This document shows positions 37,866-50,643 of a stretch of 64,000 nucleotides of DNA, piece after piece. The stretch lies in the NCBI RefSeq assembly GCF_963921235.1, contig NC_086110.1, forward strand, positions 434,001-498,000, written 5' to 3'. Numbering within the stretch: the stretch's first letter is position 1; each line of letters opens with the position of its first letter. This DNA is from Mobula hypostoma (taxonomy: Eukaryota). The translations under genes were made by a program, and so were the position numbers. The notes under the pieces are model-generated. The model saw only the letters and a program-made list of their open reading frames with translations. It ran no database searches and was not told the DNA's origin.

Positions 37866-40800
37866 TTCTCTCTAGCTGTCAGTACCTCCAGTTGAACTTT
37901 GTCTTTTTGTGTGTTTTACCCCTAGCTGTCACTGTGTGATTTTGCATTGCCATGTGCTCTTGTTTGTTCTCATGCCCCATGTGCTCCTGTCCCCACCCCT
38001 GCTCTACTCCGGCCCCTGTATTACTGAGTACTCCACCTCTCACCTGTTTCTCATTATTACCTGTTTTGATGCCACTTGTGACTCATTGTGCTCCACCTAT
38101 CATCTGCCTCTCTGTTTATTGCTCAATGTATTTTAGTCCTGTGTTTTCAATAGTTTGTTGCCAGATTGTGCCAGTGGAAATTCCTGAGACTTTCCATCAT
38201 TCGTATCTCTGCTCTGTCTGTCTGAATATCGACTCTGCCTGTTTCTCGATCCTGGTGTGGATTTCGCTGGTTGTTTTAATCTCTGCCTGAAGTTTGACGC
38301 CGACTTTATTTGCACCGCAGAATTGTACTCTGTCCTTGTGAATATCGACTCTGCCTGTTTCCCGATTCTGGTTTTTGGATTTCTCTGTCTGTTTTGATTT
38401 CTGTCTGAACTTTGACGCTGACTTTGTTTGCACCTCGGGATTTATTACTCAATTAATATCACCGTGTGTACAGCACTGGGTCTGCGATTGGATTCCTGAT
38501 CCAGTGCCCCGACGGTACAATCTGGCCAGAAAAGATCCAGCAGACGCCGGTCGTCTGAGAGTTGCCCTGGAACAGCAGGGAGTGATGCTGGCGAGATACC
38601 AGAACCAGCTGGGCTCCATGTTCAGGACAGTAGAGTCGCTTTCTGCGAATATAGCCGATCTTTTGGCCCAGACTCATTCACTCCAGCTGTTTCAGAGCGC
38701 CCGTCGACGTTCTGCGGCTGCATCTTCCGCTCCGCCCTCCGCATTCTCGCTGACTCCTCCCGTCCTAGAACCCTGTCTGCCTCCTCCAGAAAACTACTCA
38801 GGTGAACTCTGCCGCTCTTTTCTTTCCCGGTGCATCCTCATCTTTGAATTACAACCAACAGCCCTTCTGACTGATCGAGCCAAGGTGGCTTACGTCATCA
38901 CCCAACTGTCCGGTCGGGTGAGAGAATGGGGAACAGCTGTCTGGGAGGAAGACTCAACTTTCTGCAGTAGTTTTCAGTTATTTTCTGAAGAGTAGAGACA
39001 AGTGTTTGATCGCTCCAAACATGGGACAGAGGCTGCCCGTGAAATGCTGCACATGCACCAGGCGCGCAGATCTGTGTCAGATTACGCCATAGAGTTCCAG
39101 ACCCCAGGCACCTCCAGCGGATTAAACACGGCGGCAAAGTACAACACCTTCCTGAATGGCCTCACCGAAGACATCAAAGATGAAGTGGTTACCCAGGACC
39201 GTCCTGCCACCTTTGAAGCCCTGGTGGATTTGGCCATCCGCATTGATGCTGGCCTTCAGCAGCGCCGCAGTGGGAGGGGTTCCAAAGCTTCCCTAGGGGC
39301 ATTAGGTGAGCTCCAAGTTCCTCATCAGTCTACAGTGCCGTGCCGTTTGCCCCCATCCTGTTCCAGAGTCCGAAGCTATGAAGGTTAACTGTACCCGGCT
39401 GACGCCGATTGAAAGACAAAGGAGAATCAGCACCCATTCCAGTCTGTACTGCGGACAAACAGGCCACTTCATCTTCACCTGACCAATAAAAGCCAAGCGC
39501 TCACCAGTAGGACGAGGAGTACTGATGAACGTGATCCTTGTCCGGACCTCCTGGACGCCACTCACTCTCATACCTGCTTATCGGCAGTGGGGCGTCCAAC
39601 GCCGAGCGGTCTCCGTCTTAGTCGATTCTGGTGCAGAGGGACGTTTTATCGATTCTTGCTTGGCTGCCCAATAGCGATTCCCCACGTCTGCTATCCAGTC
39701 ACCGTTGGTGGCCAACGTCTGGAACGGTCAGAGACTGGCTAACGTCACCCATGTCATGACCTTGGTGAGTCTCAGTTTATCCGGCAACCGTTATCAACCG
39801 TTAACCCTTTATGTTATTGGCTCTCCTCAAGCTCCCATTGTCCGGGGCCATCCCTGGTTAGTGAAACAGAACCCCCACATTGACTGGCTCAGTGACATGA
39901 TTGTAGGCTGGAGCCCATTCTGTCACTTCCACTGCCTCCACCAAGGCAAGATTCCCCTGAGGAATTTCCGTTCCTTGGCGCCATCCCTCCTGAGTACATT
40001 GTCGTCCATATGACTGCGCCATTGACCTCTTGCCTGGCACATCTCTGCCTGTATTCCCTGTTCGTACCTGAAACAGAAGCCGCGAGTAAGTACATTCATG
40101 AGTCTTTGGCTACAGGCATCATCCGGCCGTCTTCCTCCCCTGCTGATGCCGTTTTTTTTTATTCGTCGAAAAGAAGGACTGCTCCTTACGTCCGTGCATT
40201 GATTACCGGGGACTGAATGAAGTCATTGTTAAGAACTGTTACCATCTTCTGCTCACGACCTCGGCATTTGAACTACTGCAAGGAGCCTCAGTTTTCGCCA
40301 AGCTTGATCTCCGTAACGCCTACCATCTTATCCGCATCCGCAAAGGGGACGAGTGGAAGACTGACTTCAACGCCACCTGAAACCATTACGAGTGACTGGT
40401 TAAGACATTCGGTCTCACCAGTGCCCCCAGCGTCGTCCAAGGTCTGGTAAATGATGTTCTCAGGGACATGCTGAACCAATTTGCTTTTTTGTATCTCGAT
40501 GATACTTTGATTTTCTCTAAGTGACTTGCTGAACACACAGGGCACGTCCGCAATGTTCTCCAGCACCTTCTGGAGAACCAGCTCTTTGTGAAGGCTGAGA
40601 AATGTGAGTTTCATCACAATACCGTTTTCCTCCTGGGGTATGTAATTTCAGGCGGTTCCATTCAGATGGACCAACAGAAGGTCAAGACGGTGGTCGAATG
40701 GTCCCAACCCTTGACGCATTGGGAGTCGCAACGCTTCTTGGGCTTTTCTAACATCTATCGCCGCTTCATCAGAAATGACAGTACACTGGCTGCACCAGTC

Positions 40801-41830
40801 ACTGCTCTTGCCTGATCGGCTGTCAGATCCTCCTGCAGGTCCCCTGCTGCTGAAAAAGCATTCCCTGACCTGAAGGAAAGCGTCACCTCTGTCACCACCC
40901 TAATTCAACCTGACACCGACCGGCAGTTCATTGTGGAGGTGGATGTGTCTGACATTGCCGTAGGAGCTGTTCTCTCTCGGCGCTCGGCCAAGGATAAGAA
41001 GGTACATCCCTGCGCCGCCTTCTCTTACTGCCTCACTCCCACGTAGCGGAATTACGGTGTCAAAACCGGGAGCTTCTGGCTGTGAAACTAACTCTGGAGG
41101 AGTGCAGGTATTGGCCGGACGGAGCCAAAGTGTCATTCTTGGTCCGGACTGATCACAAGAATCTGGAATATATTCGTACCGCCAAGCGTCTCAACTCCAG
41201 TCAAGTTCATTGTTCCCTATTTTTCTCAATATTCAATTTTACTCTGTCCTTCCATCCCGGTTCCAAGAATGGAAAACCTGATGCCCGTTCCAGAAGATTT
41301 CCTTCCTCTGAGACCCCTGAGGTCCCCGATGTCATCCTCCCTTCTCACTGTATCGTGGGTGCAGCACAATGGGACATTGAATTCATTGTGCGAGCTGCTC
41401 ACAGAGCGATGCAGCCCCTTGTCAATGCCCCACTAACCGTGTTTATGTTCCCAGCTCTGTCCACTCACAGGCACTGCAGTGGGGTCATTCTTCCCGGTTA
41501 TCCTGTCACCCTGGAACCAAGCGTACTCAGGCCTTCATCAGTCGGCGGTTCTGGTGGCCCTCCATGGGAGATAACATCCGCAACTTCGTCTCAGCCTGCT
41601 CGGTCTGTGCTCAAGGCAAGAACTCTAACTGGTCACCTGCTGGTCCGTTACAACCCCTGTCGTCCCCGAGAGACGCTCGTCCCACATTGTCTTGGATTTT
41701 GTCACCAGTCTGCCCCCATCAGATGGTAACACCACCATTCTCACAGTAGTTGATCATTTCTCCAAGTCTGTACACTTCATTCATTTATCTAAACTCCCCT
41801 CGGCCAAAGAAACAGCCAAACTACTAGTAC

Positions 41831-44370
41831 CACACATCAAAGTTGCTGGTGAACGCAGCAGGCCAAGCAGCATCTATAGGAAAGGGCGCAGTCGACGTTT
41901 CAGGCCGAGACCCTTCGTCAGGACTAACTGAAGGAAGAGTGAGTAAGGGATTTGAAAGCTGGAGGGGGAGTGGGAGATGCAAAATGATAGGAGAAGACAG
42001 GAGGGGCAGGGATGGAGCCGAGAGCTGGACAGGTGATTGGCAAAAGGGGATACGAGAGGATCATGGGACAGGAGGTCCGGGAAGAAAGACAAGGAGGGGG
42101 GTTGACCCAGAGGATGGGCAAGAGGTATATTCAGAGGGACAGAGGGAGAAAAAGGAGTGAGAGAAAGAATGTGTGCATAAAAATGAGTAACAGATGTGGT
42201 ACGAGGGAGAGGTGGGGCCTTAGCGGAAGTTAGAGAAGTCGATGTTCATGCCATCAGGTTGGAGGCTACCCAGACGGAATATAAGGTGTTGTTCGTCCAA
42301 CCTGAGTGTGGCTTCATCCTTACAGTAGAGGAGGCCGTGGATAGACATGTCAGAATGGGAATGGGATGTGGAATTAAAATGTGTGGCCACAAACCTGCCT
42401 GTCCTGGCCGACTTATTGTCTCAGCTTGCTCCTGCCCCACCGAACTCGTTTCTGCATACCTTGACACTGTTTTATCACCCCTTGTTGAATCCCTTCCGAC
42501 CTATGTTCGTGACACTTCTCACGCTCTTAAACTTTTCGATGATTTTAAGTTCCCTGGCCCCCACCGCTTTATTTTCACCATGGATGTCCAGTCCTTATAT
42601 ACTTCCACCCCCCATCAGGAAGGTCTCAAAGCTCTACGCTTCTTTTTGGATTCCAGACCTAATCAGTTCCCCTCTACCACCACTCTGCTCCGTCTAGCGG
42701 AATTAGTCCTTACTCTTAATAATTTCTCCTTTTGCTCCTCCCATTTCCTCCAAACTAAAGGTGTAGCTATGGACACCCGTATGGGTCCTAGCTATGCCTG
42801 CCTTTTTGTTGGGTTTTTGGAACAATCTATGTTCCGTGCCTATTCTGGTATCTGTCCCCCACTTTTCCTTCGCTACATCGACGACTGCATTGGCGCTGCT
42901 TCCTGCACGCATGCAGAACTCGTTGACTTTATTAACTTTGCCTCCAACTTTCACCCTGTCCTCAAGTTTATCTGGTCCATTTCTGACACCTCCCTCCCCT
43001 TTCTAGGTCTTTCTGTCTCTGTCTCTGGAGACAGCTTATCCACTGATGTCTACTATAAGCCTACTGACTCTCACAGCTATCTGGACTATTCCTCTTCTCA
43101 CCCTGTCTCTTGCAAAAACGCCATCCCCTTCTCGCAATTCCTCCGTCTCCGCCGCATCTGCTCTCAGGATGAGGCTTTTCATTCTAGGACGAGGGAGATG
43201 TCTTCATTTTTTAAAGAAAGGGGCCTCCCTTCCTCCACTATCAACTCTGCTCTTAAACGCATCTCCCCCATTTCACGTACATCTGCTCTCACTGCATCCT
43301 CCCACCACCTCCTAGGAATAGGGTTCCCCTGGTCCTCACCTACCACCCCACCAGACTCCGGCTCCAACATATTGTTCTCCGTAACTTCCGCCACCTCCAA
43401 CGGGATCCCACCACTAAGCACATCTTTCCCTCCCCCCCTCTCTCTGCATTCCACACGGATCGCTCCCTACACAACTCCCTTGTCCATTCGTCCCCCCCAT
43501 TGATCTCCCTCCTGGCACTTATCCGTGTAAGCGGAACAAGTGCTACACATGCCCTTACACTTCCTCCCTTACCACCATTTAGGGCCCCAAATAGTCCTTC
43601 CAGGTGAGGCATCACTTCACCTGTGAGTCGATTGGGGTGATATACTGCGTCCGGTGCTCCCGATGTGGCCTTTTATATATTGGTGAGACCCGACGCAGAC
43701 TGGGAGACTGCTTTGCTGAACATCTATGCTCTGTCCGCAAGAGAAAGCAGGATCTCCCAGTGGCCACACATTTTAATTCCACATCCCATTCCCATTCTGA
43801 CATGTCTATCCACGGCCTCCTCTACTGTAATGATGAAGCCACACTCAGGTTGGAGGAACAACACCTTATATTCCGTCTGGGTAGCCTCCAACCTGATGGC
43901 ATGAACATCGACTTCTCTAACTTCCGCTAAGGCCCCACCTTCCCCTCGTACCCCATCTGTTACTCATTTTTATGCACACATTCTTTCTCTCACTCCTTTT
44001 TCTCCCTCTGTCCCTCTGAATATACCTCTTGCCCATCCTCTGGGTCACCCCCCCTCCTTGTCTTTCTTCCCGGACCTCCTGTCCCATGATCCTCTCGTAT
44101 CCCCTTTTGCCTATCACCTGTCCAGCTCTCGGCTCCATCCCTGCCCCTCCTGTCTTCTCCTATCATTTTGCATCTCCCCCTCCCCCTCCCACTTTCAAAT
44201 CCCTTACTCACTCTTCCTTCAGTTAGTCCTGACGAAGGGTCTCGGCCTGAAACGTCGACTGCGCCTCTTCCTATAGATGCTGCTTGGCCTGCTGCGTTCA
44301 CCAGCAACTTTGATATGTGTTGCTTGAATTTCCAGCATCTGCAGAATTCCTGTTGTTTACGTTTTTAAAT
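41831..44370 (+). mobile_element. Penelope-like insertion with inverted terminal arm, inside the chromovirus integrase
   Basis: Inverted arm 41831-~42390, then forward RT and GIY-YIG to the stop at 43930 and the terminal region. 9-bp TSD TACTAGTAC at 41822-41830 and 44371-44379; removing the insert restores [23 protein letters not shown]. Confidence 0.93.
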
Positions 44371-44941
44371 TACTAGTACTGCATGTCTTTAAATTGCATG
44401 GTTTACCTGTAGATGTTGTGTCAGACGGGGGCTCTCAATTCACATACAACTTCTGAAGAGCATTCTGTAATCTGGGCGCCTCTGAGTCTGTTTTCAGGAT
44501 TCCACCCACAGACCAATGGCCAGACCGAGCAGGCCAACCAACAGCTAGAGACCGTATTGCGGTGTCTGGTCTCCCAGAACCCCCGTGCGTGGTGTCAGCA
44601 GCCATATATTCTCATCCGATACCCGTCTGTCCCACTTCCAGTGGGGCCTTGGCTACCAACCTCCACTGTTTCCTGCCCAGGAGGAGGAGGCTGGTGTTCC
44701 ATCTGCAGAGGCATTCATCCTCGGTTGTCAGCGGACGTGGAGGCGCACTCGCTCTGCCCTTCTCCGTGCCTCTGCTAGGATCAAGCTTCAAGCTGACCAG
44801 CATCGCTCCAAGCCCCACGTTATCGCCAGGGACAGCGTGTGCGGCTTTCATACTGAGACCTGCCCCTCAAGGTGGATTCCTCCAAATTTGACCCCCTGCT
44901 TCATCGGCCACTTTCCCATTGCGAAAGTCATCAGCCCTGCT

Positions 44942-47900
44942 GCCACCCGTCTCAAGCTCCCCTCCAATCTCCGCCGCCCGTCTCAAGCTCCCCTCCAATC
45001 TCCGCCGCCCGTCTCAAGCTCCCCTCCAATCTGCACCGCCCGTCTCAAGCTCCCCTCCACTCTCCGCCGCCCGTCTCAAACTCCACTCCACTCTCCACCG
45101 CCCGTCTCAAGCTCACCTCCAATCTCCGCCGCCCGTCTCAAACTCCACTCCACTCTTCACCGCCCGTCTCAGGCTCCCCTCCAATCTCCGCCGCCCGTCT
45201 CAAACTCCACTCCACTCTCCACCGCCCGACTCAAGCTCCACTCCACTCTGCACCGCCCGTCTCAAGCTCCCCTCCACTCTCCGCCGCCCGTCTCAAGCTC
45301 CCCTCCAATCTGCACCGCCCGTCTCAAGCTCACCTCCACTCTCCGCCGCCCGTCTCAAGCTCCAATCCACTCTCCACCGCCCGTCTCAAACTCCACTCCA
45401 ATCTCCGCCGCCCGTCTCAAGCTCCCCTCCAATCTGCACCGCCCGTCTCAAGCTCACCTCCACTCTCCACCGCCCGTCTCAAGCTCCCCTCCACTCTCCG
45501 CCGCCCGTCTCAAGCTCCCCTCCACTCTCCGCCGCCCGTCTCAAACTCCCCTCCAATCTCCACCGCCCGTCTCAAGCTACCCTCCACTCTCCACCGCCCG
45601 TCTCAAGCTCCAATCCACTCTCCACCGCCCGTCTCAAGCTCCACTCCAATCTCCGCCGCCCGTCTCAAACTCCCCTCCACTCTCCACCGCCCGTCTCAAG
45701 CTCCAATCCACTCTCCACCGCCCGTCTCAAGCTCCCCTCCAATCTCCACCGCCCGTCTCAAACTCCCCTCCACTCTCCACCGCCCGTCTCAAGCTCCCCT
45801 CCAATCTGCACCGCCCGTCTCAAGCTCACCTCCACTCTCCACCGCCCGTCTCAAGCTCCACTCCAATCTCCGCCGCCCGTCTCAAACTCCCCTCCACTCT
45901 CCACCGCCCGTCTCAAGCTCCCCTCCAATCTCCGCCGCCCGTCTCAAACTCCCCTCCACTCTCCGCCGCCCGTCTCAAACTCCCCTCCACTCTCCGCCGC
46001 CCGTCTCAAACTCCCCTCCACTCTCCACCGCCCGTCTCAAGCTCCCCTCCAATCTCCACCGCCCGTCTCAAGCTCCCCTCCACTCTCCGCCGCCCGTCTC
46101 AAGCTCCCCTCCACTCTCCGCCGCCCGTCTCAAACTCCCCTCCACTCTCCGCCGCCCGTCTCAAACTCCCCTCCACTCTCCACCGCCCGTCTCAAGCTCC
46201 CCTCCACTCTCCGCCGCCCGTCTCAAGCTCCCCTCCAATCTCCGCCGCCCGTCTCAAGCTCCCCTCCACTCTCCGCCGCCCGTCTCAAGCTCCCCTCCAC
46301 TCTCCGCCGCCCGTCTCAAACTCCACTCCACTCTCCGCCGCCCGTCTCAAACTCCCCTCCAATCTCCACCCCCGTCTCAAGCTCCCCTCCACTCTCCGCC
46401 GCCCGTCTCAAGCTCCCCTCCAATCTCCGCCGCCCGTCTCAAACTCCCTCCATCTCCGCCGCCCGTCTCAAACTCCCCTCCAATCTCCACCGCCCGTCTC
46501 AAGCTCCCCTCCACTCTCCGCCGCCCGTCTCAACCCGTCTCCACCGCCGTTCAAGCTCCCCTCCAACTCCACTCCCCGCCCGTCTCACTCTCCACCGCCC
46601 GTCTCAAGCTCCCCTCCACTCTCCACCGCCCGTCTCAAGCTCCCCTCCACTCTCCGCCGCCCGTCTCAAGCTCCCCTCCACTCTCCGCCGCCCGTCTCAA
46701 GCTCCCCTCCACTCTCCGCCGCCCGTCTCAAGCTCCCCTCCACTCTCCGCCGCCCGTCTCAAGCTCCCCTCCACTCTCCGCCGCCCGTCTCAAGCTCCCC
46801 TCCACTCTCCGCCGCCCGTCTCAAGCTCCCCTCCAATCTCCGCCGCCCGTCTCAAGCTCCCCTCCAATCTCCGCCGCCCGTCTCAAGCTCCCCTCCACTC
46901 TCCGCCGCCCGTCTCAAGCTCCCCTCCACTCTCCGCCGCCCGTCTCAAACTCCCCTCCACTCTCCGCCGCCCGTCTCAAACTCCCCTCCAATCTCCGCCG
47001 CCCGTCTCAAGCTCCCCTCCACTCTCCGCCGCCCGTCTCAAGCTCCCCTCCACTCTCCGCCGCCCGTCTCAAACTCCCCTCCACTCTCCGCCGCCCGTCT
47101 CAAACTCCCCTCCAATCTCCGCCGCCCGTCTCAAGCTCCCCTCCACTCTCCGCCGCCCGTCTCAAGCTCCCCTCCACTCTCCGCCGCCCGTCTCAAGCTC
47201 CCCTCCACTCTCCGCCGCCCGTCTCAAGCTCCCCTCCAATCTCCGCCGCCCGTCTCAAGCTCCCCTCCACTCTCCGCCGCCCGTCTCAAGCTCCCCTCCA
47301 CTCTCCGCCGCCCGTCTCAAGCTCCCCTCCACTCTCCGCCGCCCGTCTCAAGCTCCCCTCCACTCTCCGCCGCCCGTCTCAAGCTCCCCTCCACTCTCCG
47401 CCGCCCGTCTCAAACTCCACTCCACTCTGCACCGCCCGTCTCAAGCTCCACTCCACTCTCCACCGCCCGTCTCAAGCTCCCCTCCACTCTCCGCCGCCCG
47501 TCTCAAACTCCCCTCCAATCTCCGCCGCCCGTCTCAAACTCCCCTCCAATCTCCACCGCCCGTCTCAAGCTCCCCTCCACTCTCCGCCGCCCGTCTCAAA
47601 CTCCACTCCACTCTCCGCCGCCCGTCTCAAACTCCACTCCACTCTCCACCGCCCGTCTCAAGCTCCCCTCCAATCTCTGCCGCCCGTCTCAAGCTCACCT
47701 CCAATCTCCGCCGCCCGTCTCAAGCTACCCTCCACTCTCCACCGCCCGTCTCAAGCTCACCTCCACTCTCCACCGCCCGTCTCAAACTCCCCTCCACTCT
47801 CCGCCGCCCGTCTCAAGCTACCCTCCACTCTCCACCGCCCGTCTCAAGCTACCCTCCACTCTCCACCGCCCGTCTCAAGCTCACCTCCAATCTCCGCCGC

Positions 47901-50643
47901 CCGTCTCAAACTCCACTCCACTCTTCACCGCCCGTCTCAAACTCCCCTCCAATCTCCGCCGCCCGTCTCAAGCTCCCCTCCACTCTTCACCGCCCGTCTC
48001 AAGCTCCACTCCACTCTCCGCCGCCCGTCTCAAGCTCCCTCCAATCTCCGCCGCCCGTCTCAAGCTCACCTCCAATCTCTACCGCCCGTCTCAAACTCCC
48101 CTCCAATCTCCACCGCCCGTCTCAAGCTCCCCTCCAATCTCCACCGCCCGTCTCAAGCTCCACTCCAATCTCCACCGCCCAGCTCCCCTCCAATCTCCAC
48201 CGCCCGTCTCAAGCTCCCTCCAATCTCCACCCGTCTCAGCTCCTCCAATCTCCACCGCCCGTCTCAAGCTCCCCTCCACTCTCCACCGCCCGTCTCAAGC
48301 TCCCCTCCAATCTCCACCGCCCGTCTCAAGCTCCCCTCCAATCTCCACCGCCCGTCTCAAGCTCCCCTCCAATCTCCACCGCCCGTCTCAAGCTCCCCTC
48401 CACTCTCCGCCGCCCGTCTCAAGCTCCCCTCCACTCTCCGCCGCCCGTCTCAAGCTCCCCTCCAATCTCCGCCGCCCGTCTCAAGCTCACCTCCAATCTC
48501 TACCGCCCGTCTCAAACTCCCCTCCACTCTCCACCGCCCGTCTCAAGCTCCCCTCCACTCTCCGCCGCCCGTCTCAAGCTCCCCTCCAATCTCCACCGCC
48601 CGTCTCAAGCTCCACTCCAATCTCCACCGCCCGTCTCAAGCTCCCCTCCACTCTCCGCCGCCCGTCTCAAGCTCACCTCCACTCTCCACCGCCCGTCTCA
48701 AGCTCCCCTCCACTCTCCGCCGCCCGTCTCAAGCTCCCCTCCAATCTCCGCCGCCCGTCTCAAGCTCCCCTCCACTCTCCGCCGCCCGTCTCAAGCTCCC
48801 CTCCACTCTCCACCGCCCGTCTCAAGCTCCCCTCCACTCTCCGCCGCCCGTCTCAAGCTCCCCTCCACTCTCCGCCGCCCGTCTCAAACTCCCCTCCAAT
48901 CTCCGCCGCCCGTCTCAAGCTCCCCTCCACTCTCCGCCGCCCGTCTCAAACTCCCCTCCAATCTCCGCCGCCCGTCTCAAGCTCCCCTCCAATCTCCGCC
49001 GCCCGTCTCAAGCTCCCCTCCACTCTCCACCGCCCGTCTCAAGCTCCCCTCCACTCTCCACCGCCCGTCTCAATCTCCCCTCCACTCTCCGCCGCCCGTC
49101 TCAAACTCCCCTCCACTCTCCGCCGCCCGTCTCAAGCTCCCCTCCACTCTCCGCCGCCCGTCTCAAGCTCCCCTCCACTCTCCGCCGCCCGTCTCAAGCT
49201 CCCCTCCACTCTCCGCCGCCCGTCTCAAGCTCCCCTCCACTCTCCGCCGCCCGTCTCAAACTCCCCTCCAATCTCCGCCGCCCGTCTCAAACTCCCCTCC
49301 ACTCTCCGCCGCCCGTCTCAAGCTCCCCTCCACTCTCCGCCGCCCGTCTCAAGCTCCCCTCCACTCTCCGCCGCCCGTCTCAAGCTCCCCTCCACTCTCC
49401 GCCGCCCGTCTCAAGCTCCCCTCCACTCTCCACCGCCCGTCTCAAGCTCCCCTCCACTCTCCACCGCCCGTCTCAAGCTCCCCTCCACTCTCCGCCGCCC
49501 GTCTCAAGCTCCCCTCCACTCTCCGCCGCCCGTCTCAAGCTCCCCTCCAATCTCTGCCGCCCGTCTCAAGCTCCCCTCCAATCTCCGCCGCCCGTCTCAA
49601 GCTCCCCTCCAATCTCCGCCGCCCGTCTCAAGCTCCAATCCACTCTCCACCGCCCGTCTCAAGCTCCCCTCCAATCTCCGCCGCCCGTCTCAAGCTACCC
49701 TCCACTCTCCACCGCCCGTCTCAAGCTCCCCTCCACTCTCCACCGCCCGTCTCAAGCTCCCCTCCACTCTCCGCCGCCCGTCTCAAGCTCCCCTCCAATC
49801 TCCGCCGCCCGTCTCAAGCTACCCTCCAATCTCCGCCGCCCGTCTCAAGCTCCCCTCCAATCTCCACCGCCCGTCTCAAGCTCCCCTCCACTCTCCCCCG
49901 CCCGTCTCAAACTCCCCTCCACTCTCCGCCGCCCGTCTCAAGCTCCACTCCACTCTCCACCGCCCGTCTCAAGCTCCCCTCCACTCTCCGCCGCCCGTCT
50001 CAAGCTCCAATCCACTCTCCACCGCCCGTCTCAAACTCCCCTCCACTCTCCGCCGCCCGTCTCAAGCTCCCCTCCACTCTCCGCCGCCCGTCTCAAGCTC
50101 CCCTCCACTCTCCGCCGCCCGTCTCAAGCTCCCCTCCACTCTCCGCCGCCCGTCTCAAGCTCCCCTCCAATCTCCGCCGCCCGTCTCAAGCTCCCCTCCA
50201 CTCTCCGCCGCCCGTCTCAAGCTCCCCTCCACTCTCCGCCGCCCGTCTCAAGCTCCCCTCCACTCTCCGCCGCCCGTCTCAAGCTCCCCTCCAATCTCCG
50301 CCGCCCGTCTCAAGTTCCCCTCCAATCTCCGCCGCCCGTCTCAAGCTCCCCTCCTCTCTCCACCGCCCGTCTCAAGCTCCCCTCCACTCTCCGCCGCCCG
50401 TCTCAAGCTCCACTCCAATCTCCGCCGCCCGTCTCAAGCTCCCCTCCAATCTCCGCCGCCCGTCTCAAGCTCCCCTCCACTCTCCGCCGCCCGTCTCAAG
50501 CTCCCCTCCAATCTCCGCCGCCCGTCTCAAGTTCCCCTCCACTCTCCGCCGCCCGTCTCAAGTTCCCCTCCACTCTCCGCCGCCCGTCTCAAGCTCCCCT
50601 CCACTCTCCACCGCCCGTCTCAAGCTCCACTCCACTCTCCGCC
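44942..50643 (+). repeat. 31-bp GC-rich minisatellite array, about 184 units (consensus GCCCGTCTCAAGCTCCCCTCCACTCTCCGCC)
   Basis: Directly visible; the 31-aa periodicity of the three overlapping ORFs equals 3 x 31 nt. Confidence 0.97.

Noticed and set aside
37909-38433. Cys/Leu-rich ORFs in the LTRs (also 50940-51574)
   Set aside because: They are low-complexity translations of T-rich LTR sequence with no domain motifs.
44942-50643. CRISPR array
   Set aside because: Units are head-to-tail without unique spacers, the context is eukaryotic, and there are no cas genes.
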